A DNA stretch of 64,000 nt from Eremomyces bilateralis CBS 781.70 (Eukaryota), in the NCBI GenBank assembly GCA_010015585.1, contig ML975150.1; one strand, written 5' to 3'. Of this stretch, positions 1 through 14,000 are shown piece by piece. The notes beneath the pieces are model-generated. The model did not search any database. It was not told the DNA's origin and saw nothing but the letters and a program-made list of their open reading frames with translations. Made by a program: the position numbers and the translations under genes. How positions within the stretch are numbered: position 1 is the stretch's first letter; each line of letters starts with the position of its first letter.

Positions 1-1890
1 CGCAATTCTCCGTCTTAAATTCTTGCGGAAGACTATCGACATCGACGGACTCAACGTCACAGCGGATGGTGTACTCCATCTTGACGCGATCACGCGAGTA
101 CTCAAATGCGATCCATTGGACGCCGTTCTGGTCTTGTCGCACGACAAGTGGAGTGGTCGCAGGAATCGGGCCTGGGGCTGCGTTCGGGTTGATGCTTGGA
201 CCAGCACCGGGAGGACCTTGTTGATGCATGCCACCTGCGCTTCCGGGAGGTCCTGTTGGAGTCGCGGACGCGGGGCTGACGCCAGTTGGTTGCCGTGGCA
301 TTTGCCCTTGCTGCATCTTTTGGGTGGGAGAGTTGGTTAGGGCTGGAGTGTGAGGGTGAGACGTATGGTAAGGCATAGGCTGCGCTTGCGACTGGGTCAC
401 GAAGTTGGTCGCGATCGGAGCCGGCTGCTGAGTTCCTGGATGCTGCGCGTAGGGAGGCTGCTGCGGAACAGGGTATGGCGGGTAGTAAAGTTGCTGCCCG
501 TACAGTTGCCTGCCATGCTGATCATGCTGCGGGGATTGAACAGATACAGAGGCGGGCGAGGCGGATTGCGGAGTGTGATAGATAGGGGGATAGGGGCGAT
601 TCATTGTTGCGGTTGCCATGGAGAGCTCAGGGTTCTCTATTCGATATGTCAGGTTCAGATTCAAGAATTGGATACCAAGCACCTGCCATCGGACGACAGG
701 TGCAGGATGAATCCACAAAATGTATTGAGGATTCCAAACGAGGGTCTCGGCTTACCAGCTGACGTGTAACTTGCACTGTTGGAGCTGTACGGGCTTGGAT
801 GAGCGGTAAAGTAAGGTAACTGCTGAGTGTTCTGATCGGTCTGACCAGGAACTGGAGCTCCGTAAGGCGACTGGTGCTGATGTTGAAGCTGGTGATTTGG
901 AGGATGCGGCGACGCGTATGGACCGGGTCCAGTCGGTTGGTTAGCCTGGGGTTGATGAGAAGCGTCAGTGGGATGATGCTGCTGAGTTGCAACTGCTGAT
1001 CGAGGATGCTGCGGGACGTGTTGCGGCGGTGGAAGCCCTTGCTGCGGCGCGTGGGGATGATGCTATTGATCAACGACTGGTTAGCGAACGGATCCGTCGA
1101 TGCGATATCTCATAGTGTGTGACAGTGATTAGGTGGGACAGTGTTCGTTTAATTGACGGAAACAAATCGACAATTGTCGCTCCCGCACTTGACTGGGCCA
1201 GGATACAGCAGTGCTAAACCTCGCGATGGCCATGAAATACCAAAACACAATCCAACAGAGGCAGTACAAGGTACAGTCCAAGACGAGGACGCCGGGGTTG
1301 GGAGTGCCAGGTTATAAAAGCGAAGAAAGAGCTTAATAGAAACGGTTTATAGGCACCACCAAGTAGAGTTGAAACAAATGTTCCTTAGTGCAAATGTGAC
1401 AGGAGAAAGCAATGTGTGTTTGCAGGGAAATGCCTGAACGAACCAACCCTAGACGGATTCAAGATTCAATATCGACGATGAAGTATTGAAAACCAATTCC
1501 TTAGGCCAGTTGATATTTTCGGCCCATGGCTATCAAGCTTTTGAAGAGGAGAGTTGGTGATGATGACTTCCACACATGGGTGGTACTGAAGACGAACTTG
1601 AACCACCCAGGGCGGCGATGTTGGAAATAGGAAAAAACGTTGGCAATAGGAATTGACGGCAGCGACAACAAGGAAGCGCAGACAATGGTGCAAGGAGCAG
1701 AGATGCTAGAGAAAGATATTTGGATGTGACACTTGAACGCTGTTCTGCGATATAGAGAAGTTGTGGATGTGCCGGAAAGAGTATACTGGGTATGGTTGGG
1801 TGGAGGGGCATAAAGGATGGGGGAGGGTGCCAAAGTGCAGGTGCTTGGGGGGCCGGTGAGCTTGGCAAGGAAGGCTGGAGGGCATACCAT
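1..1890 (-). CDS. Conserved fungal protein of unknown function with Q/H/P-rich low-complexity N-terminus (3' end lies beyond the window start)
   Basis: Manual translation. Exon 1062-756 (HHPHAPQQGLPPPQ...YTSA; CAATAG acceptor, GTAAG donor at 755) joins in frame to exon 636-<1 (ENPELSMATATMNRPYPP...PIPATTPLVVRQDQNGVQWIAFEYSRDRVKMEYTIRCDVESVDVDSLPQEFKTENC). I recognise the last block as a conserved fungal domain. The first coding exon is uncertain: ATG at 1890-1888 followed by GTATGC, or 2381-2301. Confidence 0.8.
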
Positions 1891-4800
1891 GTAGCCTGAC
1901 GCGGTGCTAGGATGTCGACGACGACCGATTAATGCGGCGTCAACGCATCAACGATGTGCAGCAGCAGTATGGCTTGATGCATGCAAAAACCCACAACAGA
2001 GCCGGCACAACGCTCGAATGATGTTGCGCGAAGTTCCAGGTGCAAGCCTGCGCTGAGGACCGGCGCGCAACGTTCTTTTGAAAGATGTCTTGAATTCTTT
2101 TGCGCTCGGTTGGTTTTCGCCGTCGCGGGGTAGATTCGACTTGTTGAATTGATTTTTCTTCCAAACCGTCGTCGTCGTTCGAGAATAAATCACGCGCAGC
2201 AGCGCGACCGACCAAGCAATAAGGAGAGTGAAGGGTGGTCGCAACAGGTCCCAAGCAGCAAGAAAGGTGGTGCAGGAAAAGAAGGCAGGGAGTCACTTAC
2301 CAGATCGTCCGCCACAGGAGCAGGCTCCTCCTTTGTATACCCAGGGGACTTGGCCCTATCTTGACGCGATGCATGCGACATTCTGATTGTTATTGCGCTC
2401 TGACGCCGAGTGGCTCGATTAGTCGATTGGGGAGGGGTCGGGCCCAGCGCGTGTCCAGCAATCTGCTGTTCCAGGCCAACACCAGCAGGAAAAGGACGGA
2501 GGAAAACTAGACAACGATCCTCGTCAGATGGAGGATTGTCCGTGCAGGGGAGGCAGGCAGACAGGCAGGCAAGCAGATGTTCGAGGGGGATATATTACGC
2601 GCGAAGAGGTGAAGTATGGATGGGTGAAGACTGGGAATGTAGGCTGGACCAAATCACAAACCTTGACCTTGATCCTGACCTGGTCGGGGGGGGAGAGGGA
2701 GAAAGGTCAAATTCGTGAAATGCTTGGGGAGGAGAAAATAGTGGAATGACAGAGCAGTCCTTGTTGGATGTGAAGAATGGCCAGGATGGTTGCAGGGGAC
2801 GGCGGTTTTAAGAGGAGCAAGAAGAGGAGGGATTTGATGGACTTGTTAGACTCACTTACACGTTCTCTAGCCCCGTTGTTTGATGGTGGAATAAGCGGAG
2901 CGATGGTGAAAGTGTTAAAGTGAAGCGCTCGAGTCTCGGGAGCGGGCGGACAGGGTTTGGGCGGCGGGCAATGGAATTCGCTCCTCGCAAGGACTGAAGC
3001 GAGGCAACCCGCAACTCGGAGGAAAGTGAATTAAACGTCGAAACGGCTAAACGACGCCACCACGCCCGCCATGTGGACCTTGTCGACGGAGAAAGCGACA
3101 AGAGTGGTATTTGGGGGGGTTGGCCGGTTTTGGCGGCTTTAGGCTCAGTCGCAGCTCGGCGACGAAATTGCCCTCACGACTCACAACTCACCCGTCACCA
3201 GCCAGCCAGATTTCCGTTCTCGGGATTTTGGTGACAAGACGGCGCAGGGTCTCTCGTGTCAAGTGTCAACAACCGTCAACAGGCGACTTGGAGGATTAGC
3301 AACAGAAGCAACAAAAGGTTCAACGGTCGCGGCCTGGGGGAACCCTGTTGCAGCACATGCGGACGCGACGAATGGTGGATGAGAGCCCTGGTTCGTTGTA
3401 ACCATCCCGGTCGCATCCAGGCCCGCGATTTGTATCGAGTACAGTGTTGCTATTTTGGACGGCGCAAATCAAACGACCTGTGCAAAGCCGACGCGGAAAA
3501 GAGGGTCCGAATCCGATGGAATTATGGAATGAGGGAAGAGGTGGGTGACGCAGGGGCAAATTTGATGGCGAAAATCGAGCGTCTTTGAGAGAGGAGAAAA
3601 AGAGAAGAGGAGAGCTGGTGAGTGGTGAGTGGCGGGGGGTGGTCAAGGGAATGGTGAGGAGGCCCGGGCATTGGCCAGTGGGTGTCTGGGTGGAAGGAAC
3701 AGCGCTATCCAGTAAAAGAGAAGGAGCTCTAGGGGGTGGTTGGGAGAGTAATGTGATGTGATCGGCCCACAGTGTGACCGGAATACGAAGGTTTAGTACA
3801 TTATAGTATAATATGTATTATTGCCTTGTTGCCTTGTTGCCTATTTGCCTGATTTGCAATGCTGATGTTGCCATCACAGTTCTGATTGTAATTACTTTCA
3901 CTGGATCTTGGGAAGATGAACTGTGATCGCAAGAGCGGCCACGTCGGAATTTCACTGACCGGATTACTTCAAGTTCTCGCTATCGCGCATTGTTGTGCAG
4001 GCGGCAGACGTCATGATAGATGCAGATGACTGGTGGTGACTGGTGCCTGTAGTCGAATATAATTAGTGCTTTCTTCTACTAACTAGTTAGTTATCATTGT
4101 AACTACCGATAGATGAATCATAAAACTATCTCTATTATACTCAACTAAGAAAAGAGCTATCGGCACTATTGAATTACTGAAAATGAAGCTGGCCTTCAAT
4201 GTTCAGTTCAGGCTTCAGCCCATCATAAATTCATAATGTAACCGCTCCTAGTACCTTTGTTGAACCTAAACCCAGCAATTTATAGTACCGCTGGTAGTAT
4301 TGCCATGGATTTCCTTCGTGGCTTGCTACCCGCGAGTTGGCTATCAATGCTTTGTTATGGTTCGAGGGTCCGATCGGTTGGTTCGAGCATAAACTCGAGC
4401 AGAAACTTCGGTTTCCTTCTTCGACGAACCTTCGAATCTTCTCTGCTCGCGCCAGCCCCCAATCCACCCCCTGCTCTACGCTGGTGTTTCATCCATCTGC
4501 ACCAGATCTCCAGTGCAGAATGCTCTTGAGTGGCCTTGACCCTTCAATCATACTTTGATATATTGGGCGGGGGCGCAACCTCTGTTCCAGCTTCCAACTC
4601 AGCTTGAACAATGCAAATCAGACCTTCAATGCGTTCGACCCTCAAATCTTGCCGACCAGCCACCCTCCGATAAAATCCTAATGTCGTAAATTAATACGCT
4701 CCATACGCATGGTTTCTCCTGCCATGCTGCCAGGCTGACGCCGTCGATTTAACTGGTGCAATTCACCGGTCGCATCCAATGCCCATGCCTCCTCATCGAA

Positions 4801-7800
4801 TCTGACCAGTCGCCTGAAAGTCCTGCCGGTCGGTCGCCCGCCGCTCCGCTGACATTCAATGATTCAACGGACTCCTTCGGACTCGCCACATGAGAAGCGC
4901 ATTTGGGAAGTGCGCCGACGCGGTCGGTCGAATCAACGGTCAATAAGCTCCTACCGGTGACCGTACAACTGCCGACTGCGATATCGTCCTCATGCGAGTA
5001 ATATGTGAGAGCAAGGAGAGTCCAAAACTCTCGCAGTCGCTGATTGGCGGATTAGTCCACCGCGATCCAGTCACGTCGGCATGTGCGTCACTGGAATGTA
5101 ACCGAGAGGATGGTGGAGAGAGGGATGGGGGCGGGCGACGACGGTGCATTCGCCTTTCCACGCTAATTTAGCAGGAATTTGGGCTCACAATTGTTGGCCG
5201 GAGCTGACTGCAACCTCAACGCTCAAGCCTCATCTACGTATTTACCTCAATAATGTGATCACCGATCAAGGACTCAAGTCTCAAGGCTCCCCATGGAGAT
5301 CGGAGATGCCCACGGGGGAAAATCAATCATCATCGCCATCGTTAGCGGCCGTGTCAGCGACCATCGACCATCAACCATCAGTTTTCATGGTGCAACGAAA
5401 GTTACGAAACGGACCGGATTGGTTGCATTCTGATATGGCCCAACTGTCATTTCCCAGGAACTGTGTCTTGACTCTTTGCTGCGATAGCAGACGCCCCCTC
5501 CTCCGTCACTGCAGCACGTGCCAGTCAATTGCTGAATTCAACATTATTATCTCTTCCTTGATTCTTAAAGGTCCGAGTTATTAACTTCGGTATGAGGAGC
5601 CGAAGACAGGAGATAGGAAGAAGGATGAGCGAGGTCTTATGCTTCTACCTAGAAGAGTGAGAACATCTGGGCCTGATTCCTGACTCCTACATATGTAATA
5701 GCAGTCTCACGATCGCATTTGCTGATTCTGTATGGTTTTGGAAATACTATTGATGCGACCCATGTTAACATCACGTACTACGTTAGGACGGTAGGACATG
5801 GTCGGCTAGTGCACGCCTCCAGATCTGGACAAGGGGTTTCGGGCTTTTAACTCTCTGTTGGCATTTGAGAAACAACGTCTTGGTCACATACCAGCCAACT
5901 TCATAAGAGCAAGGATGGTTGCGGCTCTCAGATCAAAGCTGGGTTCCTCTGCACTTCCTCACCATCATATTTGCGACATTGTGGCTTTTCGTCGTTCGAG
6001 GACATGTCAATCTCCGCTCCCATAATAATTTTGAAACGATATCGGATTTCATTTGATCAACATTGCGCCCGGTGCAGTTCTCGTCACGCAAAGTCATTGG
6101 CTTGAGTCCATGGCAAGCTCTGCACACAGACGAGACCAAATCCAGTTTCCGACCAAAACAAATATGAAGCCACTGGATGACTGGATGATCAAAGCAACAG
6201 AGTGACAATGGGATACAATCCTCCTCGTTGTGTCCTTGTGTAGCTTCGCTTCGACAATGCGTTCCCCGTGGAACCGTGGCTGGGGAGCAAACTCCCACAC
6301 CGCAGCAGTTTGATATTCCTGGAGAGTATACCGGTACCAGGACTGGGAGGTGAGGACCCAGCGGACAGGTTTCGACTTGGTCCAAATTGCTTTTTGTAGA
6401 CACGAACCAGAGACGGAGGAGTTATGATGTGACACAAAGATGTCCCTCGAACCAAGTTCGGAGCACCCTCTCGACCTGAGGTAGCACCAAAACCGCCGTT
6501 CAGGAATTCTAACGTGGAGAAATGGCCATGTTCCATGGGAAGATGCACCGTTAAGTCATTAGCTGGATCCAATTACCAAACCTGCGTTTCACACAGTACA
6601 CAAAGCATGCCTACAGTTGGTGAAGATTCCCTCTTACTTGCCGTTGTCGCTATGATGGTCGACTTCGAGATGGAATTGGAATGGTGCCGAGACTAGTAGG
6701 CAGCAGGCAATCACTCGATCTATCGCTCATCCATTCTTGTGTCTCCAAAGTCCAAACCCAAATGACGAATTGACGATGTTAGGAGGCTGGGCTGTGACAG
6801 GCTGGCAGCGTGGAGAACGGGAGACAAGGACAGGCTGCAGTTAGTTTCAACGGCGATCTGCAGCTTCTCCCTCGAGGATTATGAAGGTGTGGTTACGGAG
6901 TAAGTGGTCATTAACTGGTTATCGCCAGGACCACAGTCCAGGGGAGCTCGAGAGCTTCATGTTTGTCCACAGTCTAAATGTTCAACAAACGACAACACAT
7001 GAGCTGGCGAGAAATAAGTGCATGCACAAATTGAAGGACAAATGCTATTACTGCATAGTACGTCAGTACTGCAGGATGTACATGTACCGTGTACATCAGA
7101 ATAAGATCAGATGCAACCATGCAGGCGAATACCTCCGACCGATTCATGATGATCATCACCGTAATCGTGTCTCATGGCCGAACATTCTAATCTCATTCAG
7201 CGGTGCAGGCAGCGCTCCGTCGAAACTATGAATATCAGTTCCACAGTCATGTCTCCACCGTCCCCTTGCAAAACGGCCCAGATCGGTCCGTTCTTAACGA
7301 GGGGTCCCGTCTTTCATAAATTTAGGCTGCTCATCATCCCCATTTCAAGCCACAAGGTCATCTTAATTCTTACACGCTCCAGCACTGGCTACGGTACGTT
7401 AGGCTTGTGCGCAGCAAACAACCGAGCTGATGTCCGATGGGCGGGGGTCCTCAAACCCATGTGAAGAGTAAAGGAGTGCCTGGAATCCCTGCATGAATAC
7501 CAGGGCATCAGAATAAGAATTCCATCTCGATCCTCAGTTCCGCGCCCTTCAGGAGCTGGATATCTTAGCCTTCGTAGACTCAAATCGTTCATGCCTGAAG
7601 ACAGGGCTATCGCTCCATGTCTTGTCTCCCCTGCCTGCACATCCCGCCGCCTCTTCCGCTCACGATCTCTTCCCGTCCACGGGAAATCCCCGCAAGACGA
7701 GGTACCTGGCCTCTTCCCTTCCTTACGGCCAATCCCCCAAGCAAATTCAGGATCCTCAGATCTCAATTCTTAGGACTTAAGACTTAGGAAGCTCACTAGC

Positions 7801-10800
7801 TACTATCGTAATATTCCTTGCCCCGTACCATGTGTCGATTACACACCGTAGAATCGACCTATGAAACCATTACTGGCACACTACCACCAACAGAACATCG
7901 TATATTAATAGTAGGTAATTCCTTCAGACTTGCGAATCGCCTAGCCCCACGGACCATTATGAGCTTATAAACACGTTCGAATACGGAGAAAAGGCAGAGG
8001 TTCCGGTATCAAAGCGATGACCCGAAGCAGTGAAGCGTCCTCCTAGCATTAATTAAAAGTGGAGCCCATTGTGCAGTCGTAAGAGCTGCACACTCCAGTT
8101 GGTGGTTGCTGCAATTCTGCAAAAGAAAAACGACCCATCCGTAACCGAGGTTGAGGGTGGACACTGGATAGATATCCAACGCTCGTGCATAAGCGCCAGC
8201 CCTCTATCGAAGGTTCGTCCGGTGGATGCCCAACCATTTTGCGTCTTCTCACGGTTCCGTGAGTGTTGAGCATTGAGCACTGTGAGGGTGATGACTGATG
8301 ACTGATGAGACTCGTCGCTGATGGGCGGGATGGATGGGCAAAAGCCAAATTGTCCCTGTCTCGCGACCCACACCCGCAGTTCAACAGGGCTCCCCAGCTT
8401 CCCGCTGATTCCTTGCCCTTGCGGGGGTGCCTCCCATGCACATCGATTCTGACAGTTGACGAGGGGGAGGGTGCCTTGTCCAAACTCCAAGCCATCGAAA
8501 GTCAACGGTGACCAGTGGGGAATCTGGGAGTGGTCGGTCGCCAGCAAGGAAGCCAATGTTATGTGGAATATCGCGCCGTCAGAACTCAAGGGCTGGCGCC
8601 TGGCAGACGTTGTGGCTTACACGCGTCTCCGGAATTGAAAGAACAATATCAACAAACGCGAGAATAACGCCCTCCGACTTCCACTTTTGTACGGAAACCA
8701 TAATGGGGGTGTTAAATGGCCCCATGCTATTGGTGCAATGCTCTCGGATCCGGAGACGTTGCGTGTCCGAAAGATCATGGCCGACTTCAGCCTTTGAGGC
8801 AAGGAGATATTGGTCCTTGAGCTTAGGGGGGGAATGAACCTCCATAGGAAAACATGACCGTTCTAAGACTCCAGATGCAAAAACTTGGGTGAGATGATTG
8901 TCCGGTTCAATGGTTGCACAAGTAGTACAGACTCCGGACGCTGGACCGCATCTCAGTCAACTGGGACCCGACAGCTTGGATTCCCGTAAAGTCGGTGTGA
9001 TAATATAAAGAACAGAATTTCACTATGAATAAGGCCGCCGTTTGGAGGATAATTGTAGTGATGGACGTACATAGTACGACCAATGGATTGGTTTCTAAGA
9101 GCAGAGACAGATAGACAGATATGATCGAGGAGAACAGATCAACAGTGCTTGTCTCCAAAAGATAAAAAATCATACGGAATACTTAGTAATCAGAGACACC
9201 TATTATTTTTCTGGTTGTACATAGTAAAACTCCAGGTCTTCGGTCAAAGATCGAGACCTATGGTCCAACAGGCAACAGGCGATAATTCATCGATTCCCTG
9301 TACTGAATGCCGTCGCAAGAAACTTCAGAGCCTTGTACGTACCTAGATCAGTGTGATTCGGTCATTCGGACCAGGTCGATGCCGTCCAGACACATCTTGC
9401 GCAACAAGTCGACATGCGACCCTGTTGTTGGATTGCTCCGAGGGTTGTTATTCGTCCAACTATCACAACCGTATTGATCCTTTTCAAAATCCAGCAACAC
9501 ACTTTGCGTTCTCGAACCATACAATCGAAGAGGGCCGGACTGAGGCCTAACAATCTATCGCTGGAGCAGTTCATCCACAATATCCCAATTCTCAAGTTCC
9601 TAGCATCCGTAAGAACTGAGATGTTACCTCATACGGTCATACACTCATATCTTTAATATTAGAAGCACGGTCCACTTAACAATATATTCCCCCCCGCTCC
9701 TGGAGGCAACCAGCCGAGGCAGTTTACCAATCCAAATCTTGTACTGTATCAACGCAGTAGATCCCCATCATCCAATGCGTCAGTGCTCGAAGAAGAGTTT
9801 TGAAGGCGCTCTCCGATAGGCTAGTGGAGAGCACATCCAATCTCCAATCTTGTATCCGTGCACCATCCTTCGCCCTTGATCGGTTGATGCCTTTCTGCGA
9901 TTCTCCTGCAGGTTTGATACGTGATATGGATGTTATCGGACGATATTCCGTAGTACCATGGATCAAGTCACTATTTTGAAGATCATCTTTGACGGTATGC
10001 CTCGAGAATTATGCAGAGCGCAACGGAGTTTACTAGAGGAATAGTGACAGGCATGTGCACGCACCGTATCTTGACAGTTCTGATAGACCAACCTCGTGCA
10101 TTCCAGGACAAGGGAACTGCTTTACTTGCGGAAGTCAAGGGAATGGATCCGTCTCCCAAGTCCATGGACCTCTCCCTCGTCTGCCTTTACGCTCCAAGCG
10201 AAGTGACGGCTATCCCAGGAATCCATGAACGGGGTCGCGCTGTGCGACACGGAGCGCGGTCTTTGGGGTCTTTGGATTCGAATGGTCCTACCGCATTGCT
10301 GAGAGTATCAAGGTCCTACGAAGCTGCTGTACCCGACCGGTCGTTAGACGGGGAACGGCAGAGACCTTTCCGTCTGACCTGGGGCATAATTGTTTCAGCC
10401 ACCTCAAACCTGCCTCCGCTCATAAAGATCGTTCGAATGTACCTGTTATCTACGGGCTGTGCCACCGAATTTGCAGCAAGGGGACTCAACCAAAGTACGG
10501 GTCGTTTAAGGAATCCACCTCATTCAATGACCCATATCCCACTAGCTCATGGGCGCTTGGATGACTGGAGACCTGCCCGCCGTACTCCGTGTCCCAAATC
10601 AAGCTCCGCAGGGGGCCGCTCCTGATGTAATCATGCTCGATCGACTCCGTACATCACGCGGGCCCATGAATGGATATGGTCGAAGAATACCACCAGGGCA
10701 ATAGATTACTAAGTAAGCGTAGGACAGTATCGTTGCCGCCAGCGCGGGATTTCTTTATAGAAATCGGCGTGGGATTTAGAAATCAACCGGCATAGGAGGC

Positions 10801-11061
10801 AGAATCCAGCAAGAAAGCCGACCTGAATATGGTACAGATTTGAACAGGGACTTGGAGACAGTGCGGGACAGAAGAGAATAACAACGACAAAGGAAATGCC
10901 AAAACTATGTGGAGTATCTTCATATACTTCATCAAACGTGCTTTCTCTTGCTCATATCGATCAATTTCCGCAAATACCGTCCTCCTCTTCGCTATTAATC
11001 GTCACATCCTCACTGATCATTCGTTTTTCGCCCTCAATCCTCGCTTCTCCACCACATCTCC

Positions 11062-14000
11062 TCACAATTCATCCTTCTGTCGCTCTTGAACCGTACTCGC
11101 CGTATCCTCCACCATCTGCCCGACATTCTGCGCCCCACCCAGCGCATGCTCCTTCGCATCCTCCATCATCTTCGACAACCTCGCCCGCGCACTCTCCACC
11201 GCACCCGAGACACGGTTCGTCGCGCTCTCAAACGCACCTTGCTCCTCCCCATACACCGCTTCGCTCAACCTCGACCGGATGGCCCCGTAGTTCTCCGCCG
11301 CGGCGCTTCCCGCCACAGCGGTGATGCTCGAATACACGCTCGCAGCACCGGAGAGGGTGGGTGTCGGCGTACCGTAGATGGCGACGGAGATGGCGCTGGA
11401 TGCCGAACTAGCGGCGTTGGCGACCGCACTCTGGTAGGCGTCGCTAAAGCCAGGCTGAGTACCATAGATGGCTTCGCTGGCTGCTTTCGATGCAGAACTG
11501 TATTTGCTTGACGCAGCCTCGGTCGCCTGTTCGAAGGAGCCTTTCTCCGTGCCGTACAGCTGGATGCTGGCGGCTTCGATCGCCGAGTTCATTTGGGAGG
11601 CGGCGGCGTTGATGATGGATTCGACAATTGGGGGAGGAGTGAACGCAGATGCAACGGCAGCGGAGGCTTGAGAGTAGGCTTCGTCTGCCATTGAGGCAGC
11701 AACGGAAGCCATCGCTGGGTAGTCAGTATGGTATGCCGACGATAGCCTGTTCATCACACTTTCGGTGTAATCCGGTTCTCGCCCGATGATAAGTTCCGAG
11801 ACGAGCGCTTGTAGTGACGAGTATTGCGCTGCTGCAGCGCCTGTGGCCACGGCCGCATAGGAACCGGCCTGCGAAATGGCGGCCTGATGGTATGGGGTCG
11901 TAGTGCCGTAGATGGCCACACTAGCCCTCGACACGGCGTCCTCCAAGTTTTGGGAAGCTTGGGAAGCCACCGGCTCAGCCTTTCCGGTGGCCGTCCCCAA
12001 AAATTGACTGCTCGCTTGTTCAGATGCTTGAGAAAGTGAAGAACCGGCAGCAGAGGTGAGCGAACTGTAGTATGACGATGCGTCATCGAGAACGCTTTGC
12101 GCTGGAGGTTGACTGGTTACCCCAGCTGCCGAGCTTGCAGAGTCCAAGGCCGCAGAAAAGCCTGAGGAGGCCGCAGCCACCGCAGAATCGTAGTTAGCGC
12201 TCGCGACCGATATGTAGGACTCGTAGGCCGGAGTTTGTGTGCCCACCACGGCCTCTGAGGCATGACTCAAGAAACTCTGATAAGCCGGCGTAGGCGTGCC
12301 GTACACGATGCTTTCGGCCGAATCCAAGAACTCCTCGAACTGTGCGTGAGCCTGGCCGATGGAATCATAATAACGCCGGCGCGCATCGGCAAGGTACTGC
12401 TTGCGGACCGGAGTAGGTTCCAGGCCACTAGCCTTGGTGGCACTGGCATACTGAGTGGATGCGATGTCAAGGGCATGTGAGAGCTGCGACGATGCGACCG
12501 CGGATATGCTGGAGAGGGCGGCGGTTGGCTTTTGAGTATATATGACTTGGACGGTGGACGTCGAGAATAATGAGCTATACTTGGAGCTCGCGGTCGCAAC
12601 CGCGTCGGAGTACGCATCCCCGACAGAGCGAAGCATCTTCTCGTGCACCGGCTGAGGCTTTCCGCTGATCTGCTGTTCGACACGATTCTTTGCAATGCCG
12701 TATTGTTCGCTGGCAACGCGGAGAGCCTCCTCATAACGAGAAGACGCTTCTGCCATCATGGACTGCAGCACCGGCGTTGGCGTTCCGTAGATCGCATAAG
12801 ATGCCCTGAGTCATGTTAGTTGTGCCAAATTAAACAAACAGTGTAACTGAAGGAACTCACGCCGTGACAGCACTTGCATACTGCTCGGCAGCAACGCTTG
12901 TTAGGCTTTCGACCGCACCTTGCTGTGTTCCATAAAGGATGCTTGATGCGGCTGCAACTCCTTCGTCGAACTTCTCGGATGCAACTGAAGTGGCGGACTC
13001 CACGGCACCATGTGTGCTGGAAGGCCTAACGATAGCTTCTCTCACTATGCTAGATAGTTGCTCGAGCCTCTCTTGAACTTTCTCGCCCAACGTTGCGTCG
13101 TCGTCATTGAGAGGCGAATCAAGAACAACCTCTCTTGCCTGGACAAACTGTGCCTCAGCACCGCCCAGGACCCGCTTGGTTGCGCTTGCAGCTGACTCGG
13201 TAGCCTCGGAAGCAGGATCGCTGGCGCTTGAAGATGCGTCTTCCAAGGGGGGAGCAGGAGTCCCAATCACGGCCCCGCTGACTTGATCGACCTTCTCCTT
13301 CGCTGCTGAGACAGCACTCCCTTGAGCACTCTCGGCATTCGAGCTCGCGGCAGAAAGCATACTTGACGCACTATTACTTGAGTCCGAGAGGGACGAGCTT
13401 GCAGCAGAAGAAGCGCTTTCTAGTGATCCCTGTTCGGAGCCAACAACCGCTTCTGATGCTTTCGACAGCAGACTGGTCGAAGAGCCAGATTCTTCACCAG
13501 ATAATGACGTGGCGCTTGAAGGCAGATCCTCCGTCACAACAGAGGCAGCGGACTCAAGAGACCCAGCAGTAGAGGAGGAAGAATTGCTCAATCCAGCGGC
13601 AGCTTCTTTCGCAACGTCCGTCGCCTTTTTCGCCTTTTTGATCACAATCGGAGGGATGGATTTTGTGCTAAAGTCGTCGGTATCGTCCTTTGAAATCGCT
13701 TTCCACCGAGCTACATCCTTCAACCGAAGCAGCTCTCTAGCAGCATCTTCGGCTAGCAGCATGCCCTCATCTTCAAGCGCCTCGGCTTCAGATTGCGCTC
13801 GCAGCAGACCTTCATGCTGAAGAGCAACGCTTTGAACTTCATCTCTCCATTCATCGAAGGTCTTTTTGAGCTGATGATATTTCGACCAGTCCTTGTAGGT
13901 GACGCCCTCCATCCAGGCCCATCTCATGCCGATCTCTTGCAGACCAAGGTCCCGGATATTATCGATGACCTCAAGTGTGGAATCCGATGCCGACTGGACC

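Noticed and set aside
3820..3860. TTGCC(TTG) short repeats and nearby AT-rich TAGT/ACTA tracts
   Set aside because: Low-complexity intergenic sequence with no supportable function.
10011..10625. 204-aa plus-strand ORF
   Set aside because: No recognisable motif or coding-like composition; likely chance or debris.
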